Shown here piece by piece: positions 16,173-25,400 of a DNA stretch of 45,502 nucleotides (position 1 is the stretch's first letter; the number at the start of each line of letters is the position of its first letter). The notes beneath the pieces were generated by a model. That model was not told the DNA's origin. It did not search any database and saw nothing but the letters and a program-made list of their open reading frames with translations. This DNA is from a virus (taxonomy: Duplodnaviria > Heunggongvirae > Uroviricota > Caudoviricetes): IMG/VR virus record IMGVR_UViG_3300029705_000019, one strand, 5' to 3'. Both the position numbers and the translations under genes were made by a program.

Positions 16173-16886
16173 TTATCTATGAGTTAGACCTCTTTTATCA
16201 CTGCCGAATAACTCAATATTTGTTGACAAGTTCATTATTCTGCTGTAAAGTCTGTCGCCAACTTTCTCTCGAAGTTCATTACCAGTTAAGTTTGATGTGT
16301 AGATATTGGACTTATTCATATCAATTCGTGTATTGATTAGATTCAATATCTGCTCATGTTCCCACGCTGTAAGAGATTTTGTACCAACTTCATCAAATAC
16401 AACTAGATCAGCTGTAAAGATGTTTTTCTTAATATGATCTATATAATCACTTGAAGTACTAATAGAATCTTTTAATGCAAGAATAAATCTTGGAACATTA
16501 ATAAACAACACCTTGCATGTTAAATCTGACTTGTGCCAAATCTTACCAACATATGATTGAAGTAATCTTAATGACCAAGCTGTTTTGCCATTTCCACAGA
16601 TTGAGGAATGAATGTACAGATTTGTTCCATCCTCAACAAATTTCTCAATATTTTCTTCAATTTTCTTTAACTGAATGAATGCTTCTCTATCTGTTCCATC
16701 ATCATCAATTCTTAAAGATTGATATTTTCTCTGCTTCGGAGACATTAATGATTCGTCATATAAATAGTTGATGCGAAAAAATCTTGGACAATAGATTGCA
16801 CTATGTTTACATTCTGCGTCAGTGTTGTGATATTTCCAACACTGATCCTGCAGATAACATTCATCACTTAGCTGAATACCTGACAA
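16173..16886 (-). CDS. DnaC/IstB-like AAA+ helicase loader
   Basis: SICGNGKT (Walker A), LVVFDEVG (Walker B), IYTSNL, RLYSRI. Confidence 0.85.
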   Translation of the reverse strand: MSGIQLSDECYLQDQCWKYHNTDAECKHSAIYCPRFFRINYLYDESLMSPKQRKYQSLRIDDDGTDREAFIQLKKIEENIEKFVEDGTNLYIHSSICGNGKTAWSLRLLQSYVGKIWHKSDLTCKVLFINVPRFILALKDSISTSSDYIDHIKKNIFTADLVVFDEVGTKSLTAWEHEQILNLINTRIDMNKSNIYTSNLTGNELREKVGDRLYSRIMNLSTNIELFGSDKRGLTHR

Positions 16887-16900
16887 CTAATCACCACCTC

Positions 16901-17638
16901 TCAAAATACCTCATCACTTAATCTTTTTCTCAACTGAGGTTGAACAGGTTGCTGAGGTTTATTTACTACTTGCGGTTGATATTGAGAAGCATCAATTCTA
17001 AAATCTTTTTTGTAGTTGTTAATAGCCCAGGTCACATCTCTATAACCATTAATTGATGCAATTTCAAGAATTTTAAGAGCTACATCAAGATTTCTATTTG
17101 AAAATTGATCAATTGCCGATTGAGCACTTACCACAGCTTGTTTTGTCATCCAACCTTCCTTCTCATACACAGCGTCAATCCAGTTACAATATGCACTATG
17201 AAGTTCTGGATTTAGTGTAATGATATTTGTCTTTAGATTATCACGAATTGTTTCAGCCTTGCTCTTCTTTGGCTGTTTCTTTTTAACAATTCCTGAAATA
17301 TCTTTTACAAGATCTTCATCAGGAGACATTACGATGCTAGTGAGAACTGTTAGATTGATCTGTAACCTCGACGGATTATCAACATCTCTTTCAATTACAC
17401 CAATCTTAGCTAAAGTTTCATCGATAGCGATCTGCTCATTTTCAGTTAAAGTTGTTCTTGATGTAATATATTCTCGATCTACTGTGATGTAATCACCGTC
17501 AATCTTATTTTTACGAATTGCCTTCTCATTAATATCAATTAACTGAGACACATATATGGATGGGTTCAATCCAATCATATGAGCTAGTTTAACATTAAAT
17601 TGTGCATAATTCGACATGCTCAAAAGATCGATAAGCAT
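16901..17638 (-). CDS. Putative replication initiator (N-terminal winged-helix-like region plus DnaD-like C-terminal helix bundle)
   Basis: Upstream of the DnaC-like loader; KLAHMIGLNPSIYVSQL, EQIAIDETLAKIG, ILEIASINGYRDVTW. Start at ATG 17638 after GAGGGTGG. Confidence 0.5.
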   Translation of the reverse strand: MLIDLLSMSNYAQFNVKLAHMIGLNPSIYVSQLIDINEKAIRKNKIDGDYITVDREYITSRTTLTENEQIAIDETLAKIGVIERDVDNPSRLQINLTVLTSIVMSPDEDLVKDISGIVKKKQPKKSKAETIRDNLKTNIITLNPELHSAYCNWIDAVYEKEGWMTKQAVVSAQSAIDQFSNRNLDVALKILEIASINGYRDVTWAINNYKKDFRIDASQYQPQVVNKPQQPVQPQLRKRLSDEVF

Positions 17639-17639
17639 A

Positions 17640-18479
17640 TTATTCACCACCCTCATGTAACAACTTGAAAAATGAATCATGCTGCAACCGTTCTAAACAT
17701 GTTAATGTTTTTGCACGAATTGTAGGAGATCTAAGCGACATAAAATAAGAAAAACCATCCTTAACAGTGTCTATATCAATCTTATATTTTTTAGAAAATG
17801 AATTAATATATGTATCATCAATATTAACAATGAACTTTGTTACTTTTTTAACATTGAATTTTGTAGTAACTACATGTGTTTCAGAATTAACAGAGACATC
17901 AAACACATCTTGAGAAGATATAACATCAATCAGTACTGCTACAAAGTAATCCTTCTTACTAAATAATTTTCTTATGTATGATTCAAGTGCCCATTGAGTT
18001 ATACCATCAGTGACATTCTCAGAACACGCAGGTTCTTCAACAGTACTTCCAAATAATTCCGTTAACTCATCGAGACTTAACATTCCAAAATTATCTTTTC
18101 GTTTTTTACGATTGATAAATTGATAAAATGTTAATCGAGCACACTTCATACATCGATTAATTACTTTATCTGGTCCATTTGGATCTTTATAGATTGAGCT
18201 GTCTTCACGGTCCCAACTTGTTGCTTTCAGACATCCATAAACAGAATCTTCAAGCCATTCATAACAATCTTCAGGAGATGCAACATTCTGACTCATATAA
18301 TAATATTTCGGAATTAAATTCCAGTACCGATACATAATTGCTGCAAAATATGAATCTTGTATATCAGGTCTTCCAGCGTTCTTGACATATTCACGACATA
18401 AATCATTTTTTGATAACTTCTGCCAATCGTCAATTAGATCCGCACATTGACGATAGAGTTCTTTATATTCGTCTAACAT
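17640..18479 (-). CDS. Putative phage sigma-factor-like transcription protein
   Basis: Helical protein with AIMYRYW, EDCYEWL, FYQFINRKKRK and LSLDEL, reminiscent of sigma70 region 2 to 3. Confidence 0.4.
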   Translation of the reverse strand: MLDEYKELYRQCADLIDDWQKLSKNDLCREYVKNAGRPDIQDSYFAAIMYRYWNLIPKYYYMSQNVASPEDCYEWLEDSVYGCLKATSWDREDSSIYKDPNGPDKVINRCMKCARLTFYQFINRKKRKDNFGMLSLDELTELFGSTVEEPACSENVTDGITQWALESYIRKLFSKKDYFVAVLIDVISSQDVFDVSVNSETHVVTTKFNVKKVTKFIVNIDDTYINSFSKKYKIDIDTVKDGFSYFMSLRSPTIRAKTLTCLERLQHDSFFKLLHEGGE

Positions 18480-18523
18480 TCAGTCAATTTACTCCCTCCC
18501 TTAGGTTCTTATTTGTTAATTAT

Positions 18524-18552
18524 ATTATAAATGATACTAAGAGTTTAATCAA
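18524..18552 (-). promoter_or_regulatory. sigmaA-type promoter for the sigma-like/initiator/helicase operon
   Basis: TTGATT (18552-18547), 17 nt, TATAAT (18529-18524). Confidence 0.75.
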
Positions 18553-18556
18553 CTAG

Positions 18557-18586
18557 AAAATAAAAAGCGCCACTGATATGTGACGC
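18557..18586 (-). terminator. Intrinsic terminator
   Basis: GCGTCAC-ATATCA-GTGGCGC followed by TTTTTATTTT. Confidence 0.75.
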
Positions 18587-18616
18587 CTACTTACTCCATC
18601 ACACTTTACAATACTA

Positions 18617-18645
18617 AGTATAATGGAAATAGATAATTTATTCAA
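18617..18645 (-). promoter_or_regulatory. sigmaA-type promoter immediately upstream of a terminator
   Basis: TTGAAT (18645-18640), 17 nt, TATACT (18622-18617). Confidence 0.65.
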
Positions 18646-20322
18646 CTAGATAAATTCTTCAATATATTTTCTGAGACTGTTAAGACCTTTTTCAGAAATC
18701 TTTTCATCAACAATGTAATCGGAAATAGCTTCTTTATCATTAACAATTTCCCAAACTCGTTCGTCAATTGTATCTTTTGCAATCAAGTTATAGATAAATA
18801 CTGGATTTTTTGCACCAATCCTGTGTATACGGTCAGAATTTTGTTCAAACTCTGCAGCTGTAAAGGGTGTGTCAATAAAAATCATATAACTTGCAGCTGT
18901 CAAAGTAATACCTGTTCCTGATCTTTGCCAAGTTCCAAGAAAAATTCTTGTTGAGGGATCATCTTGAAATTTTGTTTTTGATAATTCAAGCTCAGCATCA
19001 TCTTGGTCACCTGTTCCAAGAACAACACCATAGTTACATAGCTGTTTGTATAATTCATAAACAGTTTGTTTGAATGTTGAGAAAATAACAACTTTTTCTC
19101 CACATGATATCAACTGTTCAGCAATATCAACAGCTCTTTCAATCTTTGATGACTCAATACTTTCAGTTGTTAATATTGAGGGGCAAGCTGTTGCCTGTCT
19201 TAATCTAACAGTTATTGCAAGTGTGTTAGCTGTTGTTAACTTAACTTTATCAACTTCAGCTGCAATTCCCTCTTTTATATTATTGTAAAAGATTGATTGA
19301 GCATCATTTAACTCGATATATTCAGGTATAATTGTTTTTGGAGGAAGATCAAGAATATCTTTTGTTCTTCTAAGAGAATACTTTTTTAACTGTTCTTGTA
19401 AAACAGTTAAATTCTTAAAGCCAATCAACATGTTATTGAAAGGCCCGCCATAAGAACAATAGTAATATCTGTAATTACTAAATGTTGAATGCTCGTGTCC
19501 TAACCACTTTAATGGAACATACGCATCAAGTGGATTGTTCATAATTAATGTTCCAGTGGCACCAACACGATGTTTTGCGTTATTCAACTTCAATAAATTT
19601 TTTGATTGTTGACTGTTCTGACCTTTACATTTATGTATTTCGTCAACAACAATCATATCAAATTTATTATGTTTATTCTTTAACAAAGCTTGAATAATTT
19701 TGTCATTTCTTAATGTTTCCACATTTGTAATAACAAAAAATTCCTCAATCGGATTTTTTAACTGTTCCAGTCTCTTGTCAATACCATCAACAACAAACTT
19801 GCCCTTTTTGTTAATTCTCTGACCTAAAATTGTGCATGATAGATTTGAATGTTTTTCAATTTCTGATTTCCAGTTGGTTTTAAGAGAATTAATACCACAA
19901 ACAATCAAACAATGCTGTAGATTTTCTTTTTCTTTAAGCTCTTGAGCAAGGTAAATAAGCTGTAAACTCTTGCCAAGACCAGGAGCATCTAAAAGAAGAA
20001 ATCTGTCATGCTGCAATCCATATTTAATACCGTCAAGCTGATAATCAAACGGTGTTGTCTTGTAAGATTGTAAAGTCACATCAAAACTAACATCCTGATC
20101 ACATTCAAGTAAGTTAAGGTCAACTGAATCAATCTTACAACAACGATCCAGAAACTCACTTAACGCAGTCAACGGAATTTCCCACTCCCTTGTCTCTGGG
20201 TTAAAGAACGTATTCTGTAACAACTTAATTTCATCAACAATAAGTTGATTAAAATCAAACGATACAAATAGGGATGTTAGACCAGGAACTTTTACAGTAG
20301 GTCGTTCATATATTCGAATCAT
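18646..20322 (-). CDS. SNF2-family (SF2) helicase/ATPase with a HARP-like N-terminus
   Basis: YQLDGI, DAPGLGKS, VVDEIH, GATGT, VIFSTF, QNSDRIHRIG, TIDERV. Confidence 0.9.
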   Translation of the reverse strand: MIRIYERPTVKVPGLTSLFVSFDFNQLIVDEIKLLQNTFFNPETREWEIPLTALSEFLDRCCKIDSVDLNLLECDQDVSFDVTLQSYKTTPFDYQLDGIKYGLQHDRFLLLDAPGLGKSLQLIYLAQELKEKENLQHCLIVCGINSLKTNWKSEIEKHSNLSCTILGQRINKKGKFVVDGIDKRLEQLKNPIEEFFVITNVETLRNDKIIQALLKNKHNKFDMIVVDEIHKCKGQNSQQSKNLLKLNNAKHRVGATGTLIMNNPLDAYVPLKWLGHEHSTFSNYRYYYCSYGGPFNNMLIGFKNLTVLQEQLKKYSLRRTKDILDLPPKTIIPEYIELNDAQSIFYNNIKEGIAAEVDKVKLTTANTLAITVRLRQATACPSILTTESIESSKIERAVDIAEQLISCGEKVVIFSTFKQTVYELYKQLCNYGVVLGTGDQDDAELELSKTKFQDDPSTRIFLGTWQRSGTGITLTAASYMIFIDTPFTAAEFEQNSDRIHRIGAKNPVFIYNLIAKDTIDERVWEIVNDKEAISDYIVDEKISEKGLNSLRKYIEEFI

Positions 20323-20651
20323 TCTTCACTCAAAAATAATGTATTTGTATGCATTTTTGAAACATAGGGCTCATCAAAATTCTCTAATTTTGTCGGCTCA
20401 ACAACAAATGTAATCTTTGCACGAACTTGAAATTCTGTATTACAATTGTCACATGTATATGTATCAATAACATCCATTGAATTGCCTTCAAAGTCTAAAA
20501 TATGACCATATACATCTCGAACAATGTCTCGAGGTCTTCCAAAAAACGGATGAGGAACAAATATTTCAGCTGGTAAATATTCTCTACCACAATGTGGACA
20601 TTCAATAATCTCAAATTTTCTTGGCTTCATGTTATATACTTCTCTATTCAA
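20319..20651 (-). CDS. Small zinc-ribbon protein
   Basis: CPHCGREYLPAEIF and CDNC. Confidence 0.55.
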   Translation of the reverse strand: MNREVYNMKPRKFEIIECPHCGREYLPAEIFVPHPFFGRPRDIVRDVYGHILDFEGNSMDVIDTYTCDNCNTEFQVRAKITFVVEPTKLENFDEPYVSKMHTNTLFLSEE

Positions 20652-20659
20652 ACATAAAA

Positions 20660-20709
20660 ATAATAATATATAGAACTATGAAAAATATTATAGCTCTATA
20701 TATTATTAT
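20660..20709. repeat. 20-bp inverted repeat (hairpin) at the structural/replication module boundary
   Basis: ATAATAATATATAGAACTAT, 10-nt loop, ATAGCTCTATATATTATTAT; one mismatch (G-U on the minus-strand RNA). Confidence 0.8.
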
Positions 20710-20771
20710 ATACATTTCAATACGGTTAAATCAATGAAAACTGTAAAATATTTAGTTAAAAATTTTTGTTA

Positions 20772-21317
20772 TTATACCACTCCACCATCAACTTCAGTTA
20801 ATGAATTATTGATTGTTGCATTACTAAATCTTGCTCTTGAATTCTCATTGATTGAATAAGTTCCGCTACCAACAGGGCTTTGTTCATTCAATATGTGTAA
20901 ATACTTAACTTCATAATCAGTAACTAATTCAGGTATTTCAATTGATGTTTCGGATTCAGATGAACAGAACTGTATACCTGTAAACACTGTTTGATCATTG
21001 TTATCAATTGTATCTGCACCACACAATAATGGATTCGATGGACTCATCTTATTAATAACAATTGCAGCGTAAACTTTACTTCCACTAAATTTGAGTGGAG
21101 TTTGTTTTGAACCTTCTAACACAAAGTAATAACCATCAATAACAAACTCAAATGATCCAGTTGGATCGAACGTTTCTGATATAACAAAACTTGGAATTTC
21201 TGTTGTTGATCTAATTATATTTCTTAAATTTACTTCTGATAGAAGATGGTCAGTTAGTTGTTCACTTCTATGTGTTCCAAGCGGAAAAACATGAACTTTG
21301 TTTGAACTAAGATACAC
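20772..21317 (-). CDS. Hypothetical virion-associated protein
   Basis: Long ORF with SD, last gene of the baseplate run. Confidence 0.5.
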   Translation of the reverse strand: MYLSSNKVHVFPLGTHRSEQLTDHLLSEVNLRNIIRSTTEIPSFVISETFDPTGSFEFVIDGYYFVLEGSKQTPLKFSGSKVYAAIVINKMSPSNPLLCGADTIDNNDQTVFTGIQFCSSESETSIEIPELVTDYEVKYLHILNEQSPVGSGTYSINENSRARFSNATINNSLTEVDGGVV

Positions 21318-21330
21318 TTAATTGCCCTCC

Positions 21331-21819
21331 TCAAGAATTTGATATTGTCAATACCCACTTCAATTGAGCCTGACTACCACTTCGGATAATATCATACACA
21401 TCTTTGTTAAATTCAACAGCTGCAAGAATTTCTGACTTATCTTGACCCACAAGGGCTAATGTTACAACTACAGGTTGATAAGTTGCTGATAATAACATTG
21501 AGGAATAAATTGTTGAAATAAAATTTGAATCAACTGTGTCACCACTATCCGTTGTGTACCTTGTTATGTCAACAAAGCGATTCAACAACTCTGAATTCTT
21601 ATGTAACCGTACATCTGGTTTTTGTATCAGCGCATCTTTTGTAGCTTGATATAACATCACATATGTAGGCAGTTTAGAAGAACTAAAATTTTCTACACAA
21701 AGAATTGATGCAATTAGCTTGAATAAATATTTTGATGCGGAATTATATGTAACAAATGTTTTGTCATTTGCCGTCAGATAAAGTTTACCGCTATATACTA
21801 ATGATGATTTTTGTGTCAT
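21331..21819 (-). CDS. Hypothetical baseplate/tail-fibre attachment protein
   Basis: beta-rich ORF in the baseplate operon; ends QLKWVLTISN. Confidence 0.4.
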   Translation of the reverse strand: MTQKSSLVYSGKLYLTANDKTFVTYNSASKYLFKLIASILCVENFSSSKLPTYVMLYQATKDALIQKPDVRLHKNSELLNRFVDITRYTTDSGDTVDSNFISTIYSSMLLSATYQPVVVTLALVGQDKSEILAAVEFNKDVYDIIRSGSQAQLKWVLTISNS

Positions 21820-22454
21820 GATGTAGCCTCATTTTCTGCAATTACTGTTAATCCAACATTTGATTTTAGCTCGTGATTATCTTTACCCTCAGGAAGAACC
21901 TCACTAAGTTCATTAACAGTGCTGACATTATATGTAAGTTTATCACAAAATCGGATATATGAATTATAAGAATCAACACTTACAATTTTATACTCAATTA
22001 AGAAGCCAGTTGGTAATACATATTGAAGTAATTCAAACAATAGTTCATCAACTTTGAAAGCTGAAGCAAATGTAAGAATAAGTCTTGAATTTATTAATTC
22101 AGCTTCATCATATGTTGCAAATGCATTTTCTGAATGTGATAGTCTTGAATATAATGTAAGAATATAATCAATTGCAATTTTTGAACCTTTGTATCTCATA
22201 ATAACTGGAAATGCAGTTAAAATGTACCTCAAAGAATCATCAGGAACTTCAACAGTACTAAATAGACCTAATTTTGTTTTCAGAAGATCTAAAAGTGTTG
22301 CATCACATTCTTTTGTTGATGTTGCTCTTTGTAACGAATCAATTGAATATTTTGTACTATTAAATGCAGAGTCATATAGTCTGCAGAATAACTGAAAATC
22401 TCGTGACTCATTGACATATACTTCAGGTACATTATTTTGTAATCTAAACAACAT
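21816..22454 (-). CDS. Baseplate wedge protein (P2 gpI/T4 gp7-like)
   Basis: VPEVY..ESRDFQLF...LLDLL...RYKGSKIAI; follows the gp6-like gene. Confidence 0.6.
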   Translation of the reverse strand: MLFRLQNNVPEVYVNESRDFQLFCRLYDSAFNSTKYSIDSLQRATSTKECDATLLDLLKTKLGLFSTVEVPDDSLRYILTAFPVIMRYKGSKIAIDYILTLYSRLSHSENAFATYDEAELINSRLILTFASAFKVDELLFELLQYVLPTGFLIEYKIVSVDSYNSYIRFCDKLTYNVSTVNELSEVLPEGKDNHELKSNVGLTVIAENEATS

Positions 22455-22466
22455 GAATGATACCTC

Positions 22467-25400
22467 TTATTTTATATTTGATGACACAGCTACGTCACTT
22501 GTATCAGGTACCCACTGAGCAATTGAATATTTGTTGTATACGTGATTTTTATCAAAGAAAGAACTTGCAGATAAAGGATCAGCCACAAGCAACGATGTTG
22601 GAACAACATATGTATAATTGTATCTATTTTCAGTATCAAGATCAATAAGAAGATCAAGTCTCTTATTGTAAGTTTCACCATTCATTGTTATGTTGTATTT
22701 ATATAGCTGACCTAACGTAACAGTTGTACTTGCGTTCTCTGGTGTAACAACTTCCTCCTCTGTTGGAGAATAAATTGCTTTAAAAATAAGAGATTTTGCA
22801 TCACTCGGTATATCAAAATAATATGTACCAGCCAGTACTTTTTCCATTTCATCTATTTTTATCTTATTGACTGTATCGAGTTTAATTCTTGTAGCATCAG
22901 CTCTGTCTGAAGTACAATAATATGCTTCAAACCCATGAATATCAACTCCGAATGTTATCGGTAAAATATATTTACCTTCAATCAGATTAATGAAGAATTG
23001 TTTATCATATGCGTCATTATCTCCGGACTCAACATATCTAGCAACATTCCAATTGATTGCGAACATTGAAGGAGATGTTCCAGCAGGTAACTTTTGTGTT
23101 TCATAAGAATATATGTTTACAGGTGTTAACTTTTCTGTTAAAATATCTCTGTATCTAACATCGCATCGTTCACCTCCAACAAGAGACAAACTCATATTTG
23201 ATTGCAATGATAAACCACCAGTACCATCAAATACATTTTCTTCTTTCGGTGGATCAGTGAGTTTATCTTCATCAGTATAGTAGTAAATCTTTTGTCTCGA
23301 TGTAAGATCCTGTGGTTTTGTTGAAGACATATTGATATTCAACAATGAATATCCTCTCCAACATGTTTCAGGATCACTACGCATAGGTAGAGTTGTCACA
23401 TCACCTTCATCATTCTGATAAGTAATGCGGAAATTTGTTAATTCATATGGTTCATCATTAACAAATGTGCCAGTACTCTTAACAGTTGAGAAATTTCTAA
23501 AATTAATAGCTGGTGGAATATCTTTAGGTAACTCATCTTTTTTATAGTTGTTAAGATCAACGCTTTCGTCACCAAGATCCATCTCACCAACATATGTTAA
23601 TGACACGGTATTACCATGACCTACTTGATAGTAAGTTGTTTCTGTTACACTGAGAGAAATTCCTTCAGGTATGACAAACCATAAAGCATTAAAATAGTCA
23701 ATGCCATCAGACATAAATTTATCATTATCCATGGGTCTAACAGCCCACTCACCATCACCATTTGATCTTTCAATGATTGTTCCATATCCAAGTGTATAAA
23801 AAGTTGTTTTACTTGGGTTTGCATAGAAAAGGTGCTCACCAGTCTGTAAAATTCTTTGAGTTTCACCGTCTCGGAATAGAACGGATTTATTACCAGATGG
23901 ATTAGATAATGACCAATAGATATTTCTTACCTGATTATCTTTTGTATTGAAAATTAACTTATTTGGTTTTCTAATTGTGATATTTGTTGATCCTGTTAAT
24001 GAGAATCCATCACCTGTTAACTTCGCAATATACTCCGTTAAAGATGCTGAATATGATTCATTTTCTTCCTTAGTAGAATGTGATAGAACTTCACCAGTAA
24101 CTTGCTGAGTTATATATTCAGTTGACCCTTTACCTGCAGGCAAGCTCATTAAAATACTATCCGGAATTTTCGGTAATCTATATGGATCCGGATTCGGCTG
24201 TTTCTTTAATGAGAAACCACCAGGCTGAACAATCTTACCAAGAGAGGATGAACTTGAATCAAACTTATGATACAGGTAAGGAGCGTCATCTTCATTTGAA
24301 TCTTTCCAAAAGAAGATAATATACTCATTATCCTTCATTGTGTATTCATCATCAATTTGAATAAGAACTGACTGATCTTTTTTGTTGCTATAAGCAGGCC
24401 TTTCCTTACCAGCCTGACCAATATTATGAATATATTTTACATAAGAACTAAAAGGAGCTGCTGCTTCTATTGTATTTGGGGCTAAGAAAATTAAATTTTC
24501 ATTCTCATCAAGCATTGTCGTATCATACTTCAACTCAGTAATTTTACTTGTAGAACTTGAACCCTCTTCTGTTTTACCATCAAGCACAACCAACTGTGCA
24601 TCAATTCTGGTTTCTGTTGTAAGATGCGTTATCTCATTAACTACATCAACTTTATTCTGATATAATGAATGAGAGAACTGTGTATCTGGTTCAAGTAGCT
24701 GTGTTTTACCAGCAAGAACATTTTTTACAAAAATCTCATTCTGGAATTTATCAATAAGATCAGCTCCAACTACTTTTGTAAAATACTGAACAAAAGTATT
24801 AAATTCACTAAGATCTGTTATTTTTCCATCAACAAGATTAACAGCTGTATAGCACTTTTTGGTTGGATCAAACGCATAATAAACTACACCTGAGGTTGGC
24901 TTAACAGTTTGATCAGGTACTGGTTCGTATTCAATCGCGTTGCGGTCAATTTGAACTTCCTGAATCTTATCATTTTGATCCATATACACTGCGTAAGTCT
25001 CATATGATATTTCATCAAGTGTAACAGCTCGAATACGAGAATCAGCAGCCATGATTGTGTCATAGATTAATGAATAATCAGCACTCTCACCAAAATTGAT
25101 TACTCGTGAGTTCAATGTTTTACATAAGGCTGTTACAATATTTTTTAGAACATCAATTTCTTCGGTTGCTGTTAATTTACTTAATGGAATAATTCTTGAG
25201 TTGATCGGAAACTTATTCTTAATCATCATGATTCTTTCATGATTTGATTTTATAAAGTTGTGCTGAACAAACTTGACATCATCGATGCCTGCAAGAACTG
25301 TGTTCCAATCTGGGCTTTCATCATTCGGATTGATAACAGTAAATGTTTTTTCAAACTGCTCACCATTTGTTGGAATACCGATGTATGAAAAACCATAAAG

